A DNA stretch of 63,568 nucleotides, filler included, from Phoronis australis (GCA_002633005.1; 9 parts of 9 records of this genome joined end to end with filler, not necessarily neighbours in it), one strand, 5' to 3'. Positions 11,310 to 24,347 are shown, numbered from the whole stretch's first letter. The notes: generated from the letters alone by a model not told the origin. Translations and numbers: made by a program.

Positions 11310-14300
11310 TACCCTATAGGTGAATGATTACTGTGTGAACTTGTGAGTTGTATTAACATTCAAGTCTCTAAAACTGTCGAGATTTACCGCAAAATCCTCA
11401 ACTCGGACGGCACCTGCGGATTTTTCACTTTTTTGGGAACTAGAGTTCTTCCTACGTCATCATTGATTCAAAAAGTCAAGTCAACCCAATCGCAGTGCGC
11501 TTTTGCTTGTTCAAAGATGCAAAGATGTCACAAGTTTCTAACACGTACCTGTGAGCTTCATGGGAATTAGCTTGTATACAAGTCGACCAGCTCTTACAAT
11601 CGTTCAGTAACATTTATGTACATAATAATTTAGGATAACAACTATTTTGTGATCTTCTATAAATACAACTAAACCCTAATTTACTGATTTCACCCAAACC
11701 GGTGAAAGTTACATAGACGCAAGACACTCGCGAGCAAAGCCATAAGTGTGACACGTGTTTCGCTCGAAATGTATCTCGAAATCTTGCAAAGACTTGCGTG
11801 ACCTTGCTCAGTAATTGCAAGTACATGTATATTGCGTCTACAGCACACAGCCTAGGCTCTGTCACCTGCTTAGGCATGATTTTTTTTCCTTCCGAGGCAA
11901 AAGCCTGACACGGTCACCCACACCTGTGGTCACACTCATTGCGGACATGTACCTAAGTAACTTCGTAGACTAGGGTCTTCAGACTTATTGCTAACTTTAG
12001 AGTGTTGGTAGCGGCCATAGCGCATTGATTCTCTTTGTAGAATGAATCGTTTGTTTAACAGGTAAAATATGAAGACTTAAACAGGGAAAATGTTAAAATA
12101 GGTCCATTTTGATGAAGACTCTAGTTTAGTATTATTTTAATGTCACCCAGTCTCTAAGAAAGCTTGCATGACGTTTGTACACTCTAGCTTGTTTGCATAC
12201 ACTGTGTTGTCCAATGAAAACGTGTTGCAGTCACATACTTCGTGTAAAATATGGAGCAGTCACCTATGTAAAGCCCGAGGTCGTGCCATTTTGTTCATTA
12301 TTAGTTGTTTGACTATACTTGTACAACGATTGCATTCATTTTATCGTGTGGACTGTGTTCCAGTGTCATATGTTACCGACAATTAAACTGGAAAAGAAGA
12401 GAGCAAGAGGTGTGTTTAATGAAGAAAATTGTAAAACATTTCCTGAAGGCAATCTAATTTTGAACAAAGTTTCAAATCAAATGCAGTGTATAGTAGGATA
12501 TATTTTTGGACTAGATCAATAACTTGTGAATCGCGTTGAACACGTTTATATGCCTAAACGAACATGCATGTACAGGGTGCAACTCAAGAGAGCAACTCAA
12601 CCAAGGAAGGACAGAGAAATTAGTCAAGAGTTGAACTGCCAACAATTTGGTTTGAGGCCAAAGCAATTACTAACTGAAAAATAGTTTTAAGGCCAAGGCA
12701 CCGACAGTATATAATGTATTGTTTACATGTACATGCCATGCTTACAATAAACACAATCACTAACCATGGGTTGATTAAGCGATGGATATTACCATGCATC
12801 TACGTTAATATTTACACTCACTTGTGGGATTTTTTCCACTTGTCGATAATAATGTTTTGACTCAATTAAAACGAAACGTTTGTGCATATGTGTATATATG
12901 ACATCTGTGTATTCAACGACTTGTTATCTATTTTCGATTCTGTTTTTGTGGTGAGAGCAACGAAATGTATTGTCGTGTATGTTGTCACCGTGAAATAAAT
13001 CGATGAAACATTTTTATCCTGTATGTTCATTTAGATACACGTCAGAGTCCAGCTTCTAAAGTTTTTTGACACTCGAGAGAAAAGATTTGAGCTGACAAAA
13101 TATAAGTGATAGCTAAAATCTACCTAAATCTAATTGAACTTCAGCTGCTCTGAAACTTTATGAAACATAGCACGAGACAAGGATTGACGTTATGTGCTTA
13201 CAAATACATGTATTACCTCGACTTTACGAGGAACATTGAGAATACGATTTTGGTCAACTCGCCAAGCAAAAATAAATTTTTATCTCATAACCGGCATTTT
13301 TGTAATTTTGGCGTAAATAATAACATTAAGGTAAAAATGTTGTTCCAGACTTTAACTTTGCAGGCTATTGACGTATATTTATCATTTATAATAGTGACAT
13401 TATTGTTCATATTGTCGACTTCATTGATTAGCCCTTTTACGTTTCATTAGATAATTTTTGCGTTTCATTTTTAAATCATATAACTGTAACATTTACGAAT
13501 GCTTAATTACTGAAAAATATCGATTCGTGGTTAAAAGGTTACACGATAGTAAGCTGTCAATTGGTCGTGATCCTTTTTGTGGAAAAGTGTTATTTTGTTT
13601 TGAAAGTGAACATTTAACAACAGAACTGCGGCTAATTTCGTGTTTGAACTATTTGTTCTTACCATCAATACGCAGGGAAGTTGTCTCAGATTGTTTTTAC
13701 CTTCAAACAACAAAGATAACGACCTTCGAAGATCCAACGACGTCACTAAGTTTTCATTTATGAAGGCCGAAATCTCAGCCGAAAGACGTTTCCTTCAACC
13801 ATAGACCATAAAATAAGTATGCAATATTTCATGTGAATTAGCCCATTGTACTGTATATAAAGATGATTTCTTTGATAACGATTTATTATCTGACTAGTAA
13901 ACTTGACACTACTTATCGCTACGTCATCAACTTGTGTGTTATACAAAGAGCGGCCTCTAGGGTACACTAAAGTAACTACATTTCAAACCTGCTAAAACAG
14001 CGTCAAAAATCAGAAGGCCTGAAAATGGCTGACAAAAATTTGTCACGTCATGGATATCTATAGAAGTCGTCTCAGGGAACTCACATTTCGGGCGCAATAA
14101 TTCAAAAAATATGTGAATGCCACATTTTTGAAAAAAAAAACAAAACTTTAAGGCGTGCAATTAGAAATATTAAACTGGAAATGGCCATTCACTACGTATC
14201 CCAACACTAGCGTGTATTATTATTTTCGCCAGTCGACTAGAGCGACGTCTTTCGTGAAAACGGGAAATGCCTTGATAATGACGTGGAAACATTCCGAATA

Positions 14301-14911
14301 TATTCCATGTATTCTATAATAGTTGACGCTATACTGAATTTTCCAAGTCATTAAACTACCAAATTACTGGGTCTTACTCGAATCATAAATCTATGCGTTA
14401 ATACGAGTCACTTTACAGTGCGGATATGTGCGTAAATAGCCTGTCTACGTCTGCCTTTTTGTCATTTAATTTTGAAAATTAACTATGAATTAGGACAGTT
14501 ACGTCGGCCACAGCGTTTTTGTTGGCAAATTCGACTCGCAGTCCAAAGATACGCCTGTATATATTGATATTAAAACAAGGTATACACTTTGTATATTGCC
14601 GCGGAAAGTGTATTAACCTGCGCAAAATAGGCCTAAAATATGCAGTTCTTTCTGTTTCGTTTGCTTTCAAAAATTGTTTTGGGCGCGTGCGTGCTATTGG
14701 TTACTTAGTGAGGACACATGCGCACTTTTTAATATTGCAACGTTCTATTTTAATGTAATTTCATTTGAAAGCATACTCTTTTAAAAATTAAAACTGGTAA
14801 ACGTTAGTGGTTCCCCCAGTCCAGACTATGAACCAACCCGACTCTTATTAACTGTAATGACAAACTCAATTGCTCCCGAGCACATATTCTTGACTAATTT
14901 CGCCTACGTCC

Positions 14912-15073
14912 CAGGGTCGGATCCAGGATTTTGAGTTAGGGTGGGAGGCCAGGGTAGAGTATATGCCAGTATTTAGGTCGCCAGACATTCGCACCCCCGA
15001 AGTGCTTAATGGAATTAGGGAGAATTTAAGGGGGGGCATGGCCCCCTTGGCCCCCCCTCTAAATCCGCTACTG
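14912..15073. mobile_element. Short CAG-ended MITE with 5-bp TSD
   Basis: CAGGGTCGGATCCAGG ... TAAATCCGCTACTG with a perfect TSD CGTCC (14907-14911, 15074-15078). Same family as 58551-58834. Confidence 0.8.
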
Positions 15074-15147
15074 CGTCCACCGTCCCGCCTTGTTCGTTTG
15101 GGAGGAATACTAACTTATTATTGCTATAGGTGTCGCAGTAATCACAG

Positions 15148-15350
15148 CACGTGACTGTATCAACCCGGAAGTCGAGGACTGGACAATTTCCGGGTGTAAT
15201 GTGACATTAGTCATTATAGAGTTGTTGAGGATCTTTTGACAGTTTCAGCATGCATCTAAGCTGTCTTGGGATGTCCCAGATGATCCTTTTAACGTGCCTC
15301 CGTCTCTGTGAAGCTAAGTTATGAATTCCATGGCTGAAAGATCGGTGAGC
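15148..15350 (+). promoter_or_regulatory. Possible promoter and first exon of an unidentified gene
   Basis: E-box CACGTG at 15148, ETS site CCGGAAGT at 15165 and inverted TTCCGG at 15188. ATG 15321 reads MNSMAERS and ends at donor-like GTGAGC (15345). No homology recognised. Confidence 0.25.
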
Positions 15351-17336
15351 TCTCGTCCTTTTTATTGTTAGTGAACTGAGTTTGGTCACACACTCTAAGT
15401 CTAAAAGTAAAACAAGTACGTCTGGTATCAGGGAATGTCAAAACCAGCCTGCACTGCCTAGCCCCTGGCCTTAAGTCACCCGAGGTCGGGACGTCTGTTA
15501 TGCACTATTAATGTTCATGGGGTGCGTCCTCCTGTATAAAAACTCCCCTGCTGGTGTTACTACTTCTAACAGTATAGTAAAAGAAACTTTCCGGGAGCTC
15601 TTCAAGTTCATATCCACCCTTCCTGGCCAAGATCATACTCTATATTTGCAATAACTAAGAATTTGTAAATTATGAAGTAACACACAAGGCTGTTAGATGA
15701 AACTGGTTCACTAAATCAGAGCACTCTTTATCCAATGGGTGTACTAATGCTGGTAGTACTAGTAGAAGTAGTATTCAGCATCAATGAACAGATGAAGAGA
15801 CCCAGTCCTGCTGAGGCTGAGGCGAGTACCTGCCTCAATGCTGCCTAATATTCCAAAACACTGGGCGTAGGGTATTATAGCGCTTTTCCACAATCCCCTA
15901 TGTTTACCTACATGAGATATGACAACTGACAAAAAAAACCTTACGTGAAGATGAATTGCTTTCTGAAATCCAAACAAAGCAAGACTCTTCGCTTTGCTGA
16001 TATACATAAATTTTACAGCAAAAAATCACACAATCAATTTAGTTGTGGCATAGCATACACACATATTACCTTGAATAAGTTATAGTTGCTGGTTGGGGTG
16101 CTATTGTTGTAACATTCCAGGCCTGGCTATTCAAAAACCATAGGGGGTGATAAAAGTATTTTCTCATCCAGGACCATTAAACCTTATTTAAGCTGTGTTT
16201 GCTGGGACTTGCACGATTAAGAACAGGGTTCACAAGGAACTACTTTCACTCACCTTCATTTCACTTTCAAAAGGCATATTGTGTGTAAATCATAACCATA
16301 ATTCTCTTCTGTTTGCAATATTGTAAGCCTCCATGCGGGCTAGTTACCCATTCAAAGCCCAGATGAACTTTCTATTTTTTCCATGGAGCATTCAATTGTA
16401 TAATTCTTGTTTAGAATCCGATACACCTTGATATCACATGAGTTCATGGTATAAAGTNCCCCGATCACCTATAGCATTAAGCTGGCCCTCAAATAGCCAA
16501 AATAAATGTTTTGTTCCATTTCACACCATCGCCTGTGTCCCTTACAAGTCATTCTGATATCGAGGGGATTTTAAATTATGACTTAAGGGTCACTTGTCCC
16601 TTAAAAATCACCCAGATATTGATGTTTGGTACTAATTATTTTTACAAATAAGCTAATTATGGCTATATTAAGTTATATTACTGAATTTTTGCAATCGTAC
16701 GAAGTCTATTTAGTATCCAAAAATTATCATTTAATCTGTGGCACATTGCCAATTCCTGGATATCAAGAGGTATGTTTGTTCAATTATGTCAAAAGTTTCC
16801 AATCAAAATTAAAATAATTTCAGGTTCCCTTGTTTCTCAACACTGTTGAGAAGTTGACCAAAACTTCAGGTTTCCAGGCATTAGTTGTTTAGTCATGAAT
16901 GGCGTGACAGATGAACAGAGAATTTTTCCCTCCGTCACGTTCGTCCATCACAGCTGTGGAAATATAATTTTGCAGCCAATAAAAATATCCTTGGGTCTTT
17001 TTTATGTTCCAGACTTTCAGAAAGTAAAATATGTCTCACAGTCACACCTAAGAACCTAAAACTGTTAAGTTTTTACAAACATACATAAAAATCAAGTAAA
17101 TATGTGCACCACTGAAAAAAGCTCTGCCTTACAGTGCCATCTAGTAGGTTCATAGTAAAAAATCAACCAGACTTCACGTTGAATGTAAATAAAACAAAAT
17201 GTTAATTTAATGAACGCATCTCAACTTGCTGGTCTCCTGGAATCAATGTGCAAGTTTCTGCTCTGACCTGTGGTGCTATGTTTTGTGTTGAAAGAGCAGA
17301 CGCTGGGTATTTTTAAGTCTGAGGTAGCAACCTGTG

Positions 17337-19519
17337 CAGGGCTCGACGCTATTAAAATCGCCAGGTCGCATTTTGCGACCTAGCCAAAATCCCAGGTCGC
17401 ATTTTCAAAATCCAGCTCGCATTCGTACATGCCAGGTCGCAAAATTTTCCCGCCATTTTTACGCGCCAAAATAGATTTTTTAGATCATCGAGAAAATGTT
17501 TAGATTATGCTTTTACCTGCAGCGTTAAATACTCACAAATTTGGATCTCAAAATTGACTTCATTCATGCAGGTACGGCCTTACTGTTCTTCACGACCGCC
17601 ATTGAAAGACTAGAGCGCAAGGCAAGTTGCCGACCTGCCAAAGTTGAATCAGTGCTCTCTAACTGACTTGTACATTCGAGTAGCTAAATTTGCGATGTGA
17701 AAAGGGAGAAAATGCCCGTTGAAAAAGTATCCGGGATTTTGTTAGATCTGGCCTGCTACTGGCTGTCATCAAAGTCGTTAATGATTCAAACTAACTCCGG
17801 TAATGGCGAGTTTGCTCCGCAATACTTTCCAAGTACGGGAAAAATAGGTCAGTCACAAAACGACACGAATGTCACTAGTGTTAACTTTCTTTCCGAGGTA
17901 TAAAACAAAGCCGGGATTAGGTTTTTACATATTGTGAAAAGACGTTTTTGAAAACTGAAGTTGTGTAAAATGAAAGTGACACACCATATAAGCTGCGTGT
18001 CAATTTTAAACAACATGCAGTCGTTTGTAGTGCGCTATGATGGGCGCTAGCTTGAACTGTGGGCGCTTAATTGGAAATTCTCAAAATTTAAGGGGGGACT
18101 TTTAATAGATCAGTGAGCGCTTATTATGAAACACTTTAAAGGTAGGGAGTATGCTTGTGGGTGGGCATAGTCGTTAACCTCAGAGTTTGCGGTAAGATAT
18201 TAAAACGCTGCAATGGTAAGAAACGTTATGATAATACAATTTTGCGACGCAAACTCCATCTAGTAGGGTTGACTTTATGGATGTCGTTACCACCTACATT
18301 GTACCCCTTTTAGCCACCCGGAATGATTTTGTTTTTAACTGCCCGCTTCAGCCGGAACAAGGTTGTTTCTATGGGAGTCTGAAAATTTTAAGGCGACGGT
18401 GGTTCGGGGAGCGAAAAGTTGCCGGGGTGGGGGGTGTATAAAGAGAAGAATAAAAAGTTCGCTAACTTGAACCACAATTTCGCATCTAGTGCCAGTTTAG
18501 TTGCAATAGCTGGCTACGGGCATAGAATTTACATGGTTTACAGAACATCGACCTCAGGAAACATCGGAACAGGAAAACGTCAGTTCTGGGTTATATCGGT
18601 CCCGGGACATCGGGTCTTTTATAACCGCTGGGAATCTGGGTTCATTTTCAAATAAACCAGAGTCAAGCCGGTATACTCTTTCATTTAGGACTGCCGCTGT
18701 TCTTTGAAGTGGTGCGCACGCGTGAGTTCACTCACTTGAATCGCTGGAGTAGGCCTATTACGTTGGCAACAACGTGTGAAAGACAAATCATATTTCGCGC
18801 ACGTAGCCCCAGAAACAAGTAAAGGGTTTGAGAATTTCTTGGCAACTGAAAGTAAAGACGTAACCGTCGTTTGGCGATTGATAAGGTTGTCATTTTCATT
18901 TTGGCTGTCTTAATGCGATAAAAAGGAGAAGCACATCTCAGTCTAAGCCACGATTGTCTGCCGGGACCGCTTGCGCGCTAACGGTGCCGCAGTGCGATAT
19001 CAGGGATATTGTCGTGGATATTTGGTACATGTAATAAGGACATCTTATGTGAAAAATAAACATTTTTGTCCACCACAGTTTGGTTAGTTGATCGCTTAAG
19101 AATTAGTAGAAACACCGTTGTTTTGTGAAGTTTTATCACGTGTTAAGCAGTGGCCCGAAACTTTCTTCGGCGAATCCGGGAATTTACAAATGTGGCCGAA
19201 AGTGTAAGCCAATGAAACGCGTCAAAGATCGATTCTGCATATCCCATGTTCACGCGACTTGCTTACAAGTTATCGGGAGGGTTGTTCTTGGTTAGTGTTA
19301 TTTTGAACTTGGATTTGGCAACAACCAAATAACGGTCGGATTAACAAGAGCTGCTTTGTATTTGCCAGGTATCTGTTGAGAAGTGTAAAAACTCAGCTCG
19401 CATTCGTTGGAAATTCAAGGTCGCATTTTGCGACTTGATACGAGCTGACAAAAATCTCAGCTCGCATTTTCAAATTTCAGGTCGCAAATGCGACCTGCAG
19501 CTCGTTATGTCGAGCCCTG
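17337..19519. mobile_element. 2.2-kb non-autonomous hAT-like DNA transposon
   Basis: Perfect TIR CAGGGCTCGAC, multiple subterminal (G/C)TCGCA repeats at both ends, and TSD CTGTG/CTTTG (5 bp, 1 mismatch). No transposase ORF. Confidence 0.88.
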
Positions 19520-20499
19520 CTTTGAGCTAATTGATAAAGCATTTTGTCTCACCTTCACTGGCTGTTGTCACTCTTGTGTTTTTTAATGTCTTTGGTGCCT
19601 TGTATGAAATGATGTTTTAGTATTAATGATTACATAATTTGATTTTACATATTTCTCAAAAATCAAGAACCTTGATCTTGGAATTTTTTTAAGAAAGGTT
19701 AGTTTTTCTATTGAACTTCAAGAAGAGTGAACTGAGGCCTGGAAACGAGAAAAGGAAATTGTTGGAGACTAAGCGAGAATGGATGCCAACTGGGAGGAGA
19801 ACGAATCTGTTCTTTGAAACTTGAAAAAATGCCAGATTAGAAATACATAGTTGTACCTGTCTGAACTCTGGTGGGATTTTATTTAACACTTCTCTTTAAA
19901 ATTAGAATGAAGTCATGACTTAAAAAGCTGAATGAATATTCTAATCACTAATAAGGTCAAGCCTCTGATAATTTAATTAACTCCACATATGCCTAAATTT
20001 AATGTTATTTAATGTTTGCCTTTACACTGTAAGAGATCACATGTACCTGTGTCTTGGATTACAATATGAATGCCATAGGTTGATGCGGTCAACTGAACCA
20101 TGCTGAACTTTGTCATAAGAAGATACTGATATTTTTAAAACATTTGCCTTTATTATTAACATGGCTATATATATATATATATATGTATATGTATATGTAT
20201 ATGTATGCATCAGAAGGACCAGCGACACGCTCACACAACTATGTATATATATGCATCAGAAGGACCAGCGACACGCTCACACAACCTGTGCCCAAGCTTA
20301 GGACGAGTCCTAATTCAAAAATACAAATACTCAAAATGCATTTTTAACTGATGATTAGTAAGGTTTTAAAATCTACTCCACACTCAGGACAGCGACATTC
20401 ACTTACTGGCTAGTTTCACATTTATATATGATTGCAGATGTCATTACCGTGAAGAGTTGTTTGACTAAGAGTTGTCTATGTTCATCCACTGTTTAACTG

Positions 20500-20599
20500 N
20501 NNNNNNNNNNNNNNNNNNNNNNNNNNNNNNNNNNNNNNNNNNNTTAATTAATTAANNNNNNNNNNNNNNNNNNNNNNNNNNNNNNNNNNNNNNNNNNNN
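20500..20599. other. Artificial contig linker (also 25100-25199, 45436-45535, 50025-50124, 55053-55152, 57472-57571, 59006-59105, 61432-61531)
   Basis: Identical 44N-TTAATTAATTAA-44N cassette; the 12-mer gives stops in all six frames. Confidence 0.98.
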
Positions 20600-21529
20600 G
20601 CACAGCACAGATCAATACTGTCCGAGACAGGACCTGTGCTGAAGTCTACATGATAGTAACTTGCCAAATTTCATGAACACCAGTCAAGGAAGTGAGAGAT
20701 GACAAGTAAGTACCTCATGTACGTCTATTAATCAATTAGAAATGGCTGGTCAGCTACAAAAACACATTTCAGATGTTCAAATCGCTCACGTGACTTCCTT
20801 TTATTTCAAAAAACATAACCAGAAAGAGAAATAATTCACATCAATATCCCACATCTACTAAGTAAAGAAAAAATTGATTAACTGGCTGCACATTTTGTCT
20901 TAGCAAGTCATCACCGCAAAATCAGTACTTGCGTTTTCAAAACACCAAAACACTCACATGTGAAGTTCTGTGTTCTCACACAGCAAGCACAAACAAATTC
21001 TTCAGCCATCAAATCATTTTTTTCAAAGTATATTTCTAAAATGTCGTAGTTTTGGACTGGTGTATATCATACCATCAGTGATATTTACATAGAAACAATG
21101 CTGGATTATTTGACTTTTCAATGAGAGACTTCATACTTTAATATAACATACGCCCTGAATGCGCCGCTGAGAATACGTTAAGTTAACGTTACTCGAAAAT
21201 CAAAATGGCATCATCACTACTGGAATTGTCAGATGACAATGATAATTTCTACTCCTGCACTGCCGTTTTTGTTGAAATAGGGTGTGTGATTTTTAAACAC
21301 GTTAGTGTACTCTAAAAAGAGGTTATCAGATCATTTGTTAATGAAAATCACAATACTTGAACATGAAGTAGGCAAACAAGTCGAACTGGTGTCGATACAC
21401 ACAGAACTGATCGTGTTTAAAACGGAAATCTATTTTTATGTCGAAACAGAAGCAGTAGTCAAGTTCAGAAGACTTTCATCAAGATTAAATTAAAAAATTA
21501 CCTGTATCAACACAAAGACAAAGACAAAA

Positions 21530-22370
21530 AAAACAACTGCCACTACACGACTCTGCAGTAGTTGGATTTGATCAAAAATCCACATGGGTTGTACTATTCT
21601 AAATGAAACATAAAAATTTCATGAAGATCCAAAGGCAAAAAAGCAAAATTACCACTAGAGGGCACCACAGCATTCACACCTGTACGAAGATCAGTCAGTC
21701 ATGAATTTCCCAGAGGAAACACGCATACATTTACATGGTGATCTTTTGAGGGAGTTAGCCAATAGAGGCCAGAAACTAAAAAATAATACAAGTGGCCACT
21801 AGGTGGGGTACAAAAAGTCAAATCTGTCCTACAATGGGAAGCTGTTACTGTCAAATTTAAGAACATCTGTTAGGAACATTGAAGGCACAGAGGTAAACAT
21901 AAAAAATATAATTGCCACTAGGGGGCCCAACAGAATTCACATACACTTAAAAGTCATTGTCACGTTCACAGAGCTATACGGACAAATTTAGCTAAGATCC
22001 TGACGGGGTTTAGGAAAAACAGCTGCAGACCCAGAAAAACAAAACTGTCACTTGGTTACCTAGAGTAGTCGAAACTGTACAAAAATAATTGACAGCCATA
22101 TTATTCCCAGTAGTAACACGTATTCATTAAGTGTCCTTCAGAGTGGTTCGGCCGAGAAAAGTAGAAAATAATGAAAATGGCCACTATAAGACACACAATA
22201 TGTCAAACTAAGATTGCCCCTAGGGAGCACAGGAGTCATCAGATCTGTTTGAGCATTTTCATCACCTGTTGTTTCCTTCATAGCAACATACTTGCCCACT
22301 TTAACAAGGCTTTAGGAAAAAAACAGCCACGGAATCAAAACAACAGAACTGCCATTAGGCGACGCCACAG
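21530..22370. repeat. Degenerate ~110-145-bp tandem array carrying CCACTAGRGGGC-like motifs
   Basis: Motif variants at 21540, 21652, 21796, 21915, 22181, 22217 and 22352, with recurring aaaa-ttg and aaattt..aagatcc segments. Confidence 0.55.
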
Positions 22371-22628
22371 AAGTTCGTCGCCGTCACTTTGAGGTCAGGG
22401 GTTTCAACCATCCGATAGGTCAGATCCTAAATACCGGCATCTGATGTCTGGGCACCAAGAAGGGCTTCGACATTAACTCATAAAGTTAGCTAATGTACTG
22501 CGTTTCAGTGAATCAGGAGACGGATGTATCAGTGGCAGTGGTTATGTAATAAGACCCCTTAATAATAACATTCAGCACATGAAATGAAAGTAAAAGCTCT
22601 AGGTTTAAGAGTGCAGTGCCCAACATAC

Positions 22629-22739
22629 CTTACCACCTGAAGCACACAAAGAGCCGTCTGGTGAAACAGTGACACAGTTTAAGTAACCACTGTGTCCAAT
22701 ATGGTTAGTTTTCAGCTTACAGTTGGTCAAGTTCCATAC
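22629..22739 (-). CDS. RACK1: RACK1 (GNB2L1) WD40 exon, 111 nt
   Basis: [37 protein letters not shown], near-identical to RACK1. Acceptor tttcag, donor GTATGT, phase 0/0. Confidence 0.97.
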
Positions 22740-24128
22740 CTGAAACAAATTCACACATAATAACCTTTACCCAATATAATTTTCTATCATTGAATGGTCC
22801 AAGGTTTTAACTTAAGGAGACTATCATTTCAGTTTTCTCCCAAAAACGTAATACCTAAATTTCATTGATCAAGACTACAAACTGAACAGATCATATTAAC
22901 CTCTCTTAGCCATGAAGAACGGTATCAAGCAAAGCATCCGAGTGTAGAGCATTTACTTCTCTTACGCATGTGGGACAAGCAATTTATTTTGCCCCTAGGA
23001 TCGCTAGTAGTGTCGGTCTTCCCATGTAGTTTGCTAAAGCTGGGTTTGTTTGTACCTGGTTTCGCGTATATTACAGTTTAGTATGCATTGTTCTCCACCT
23101 CTTTGAACACGTCACTGTGACCTGTTTGGAAGCACTTGCAACACATTTAACGTGTTGCTGTGACCTGTTTGGAAGCACTTGCAACACATTTAAACAGCCA
23201 GCAACCTCTGAACAAATAGCGACCAGTTTGAAAACGAGAGCAAAACGAGAGCAACACAAGAGCACTGCCATAAGGAACCACAGCAGTAATCGATTCCATC
23301 CACCTCCAGTCAAGTTAATAGGAATACAACTACAAAATTTCAAAAACATTTACTACTGATCCAGAGAGTCGCCTGGGAAACCCATGACCTTTGAAATTGA
23401 AGTACACAGACCCCAGTTCAAAGGATTTACTATAACCGTAAGGCTAGCTGCCGGCGGTAAAGTTAAATCGGCGCTCTCTCACAACAACCTGTATTCGAGT
23501 ACCTAAATACGCTTGAAATACGAGAAACCATACATTGAAAAAATTGTCATCAAAATTCTAGGAGCGACTTGTCACGAATGTCATGAAAGTCCTCCAAAAA
23601 TGCAAATTCGATAACTCCCAAAAAAGTAAACACAACCACGTAGTAACCTGGAAAAGGTTTTCGGACCAGACACATGAAAAATAACTATATTTCAACCAAA
23701 AATTAGTCCTCAAAAGAGGATATTTTTTTGTAAAATTTGCATGCTTTTTGAAAGTCATAATTAAGTAGTTACACTTAGTTTTGACAACAGTCATAGACAT
23801 AGCAATCTAACAGCCCATGCAATCCTAGCAATAAAAATAAATGAGCAAGTCTGTACCATTGATCCCATCTTAGTTTACCGTGGTGTGTTCAGGATTTATT
23901 TTGCAGACGGAAAGACAATCAAGAGAATATGCAAACTTTGAATAGGTGGAAGGAAATGACAACTTGTCAAACATAAAACATTACAAGGAGTCGGCAAATA
24001 ACTATGGTTGAGAGGTAAGATTTACACAAGGTTAGAATACTGCAAGGCACCTAGCCAAAGCAGTGTAAGCTATAGAAAATTTAGGCAATATTTACACGCA
24101 TATATTTATTCCAAAGTGGGCTCGCTAC

Positions 24129-24200
24129 GTTCTCATAATTGCAGGACATCTTATTTCACTAGACTCAATATCCCGAAGGTGCTTTTTTTAATCATAAAAC
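24129..24200 (-). ncRNA. SNORD96: Box C/D snoRNA, SNORD96-like (predicted 5.8S rRNA Gm75-equivalent guide)
   Basis: Sense to RACK1 and inside its intron: gtttt-ATGATTA ... ATGTCCTGCAATT-ATGA-gaac. The guide is complementary to 5.8S AAUUGCAGGACA, there is a terminal stem, and the C/D box change is compensatory. Confidence 0.8.
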
Positions 24201-24251
24201 ACAGCAAGCCCAAAGTTGAAACACACCCAAGCTGATTGTAATAAGACTTGC

Positions 24252-24347
24252 CTTGACAATTTTGTCCCAACCAGCAGACACAATGATGGGATTCTGGGTG
24301 TTGGGAGAGAACCTGACACAAGATACCCATTCACTGTGGTTGTCCTC
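24252..24347 (-). CDS. RACK1: RACK1 WD40 exon, 96 nt
   Basis: [32 protein letters not shown]. Acceptor ttttgcag, donor AAG|GCAAGT. Joins in frame to 22739. Confidence 0.97.

Noticed and set aside
20544-20555. Recurrent TTAATTAATTAA palindrome as a biological motif
   Set aside because: Always centred in identical N padding; a synthetic six-frame stop linker. Synteny across linkers is not interpretable.
20907-20917. GCGGTGATGAC (minus strand), like the 5' end of SNORD95, downstream of the RACK1 exons
   Set aside because: No D box or recognisable guide within ~100 nt downstream.
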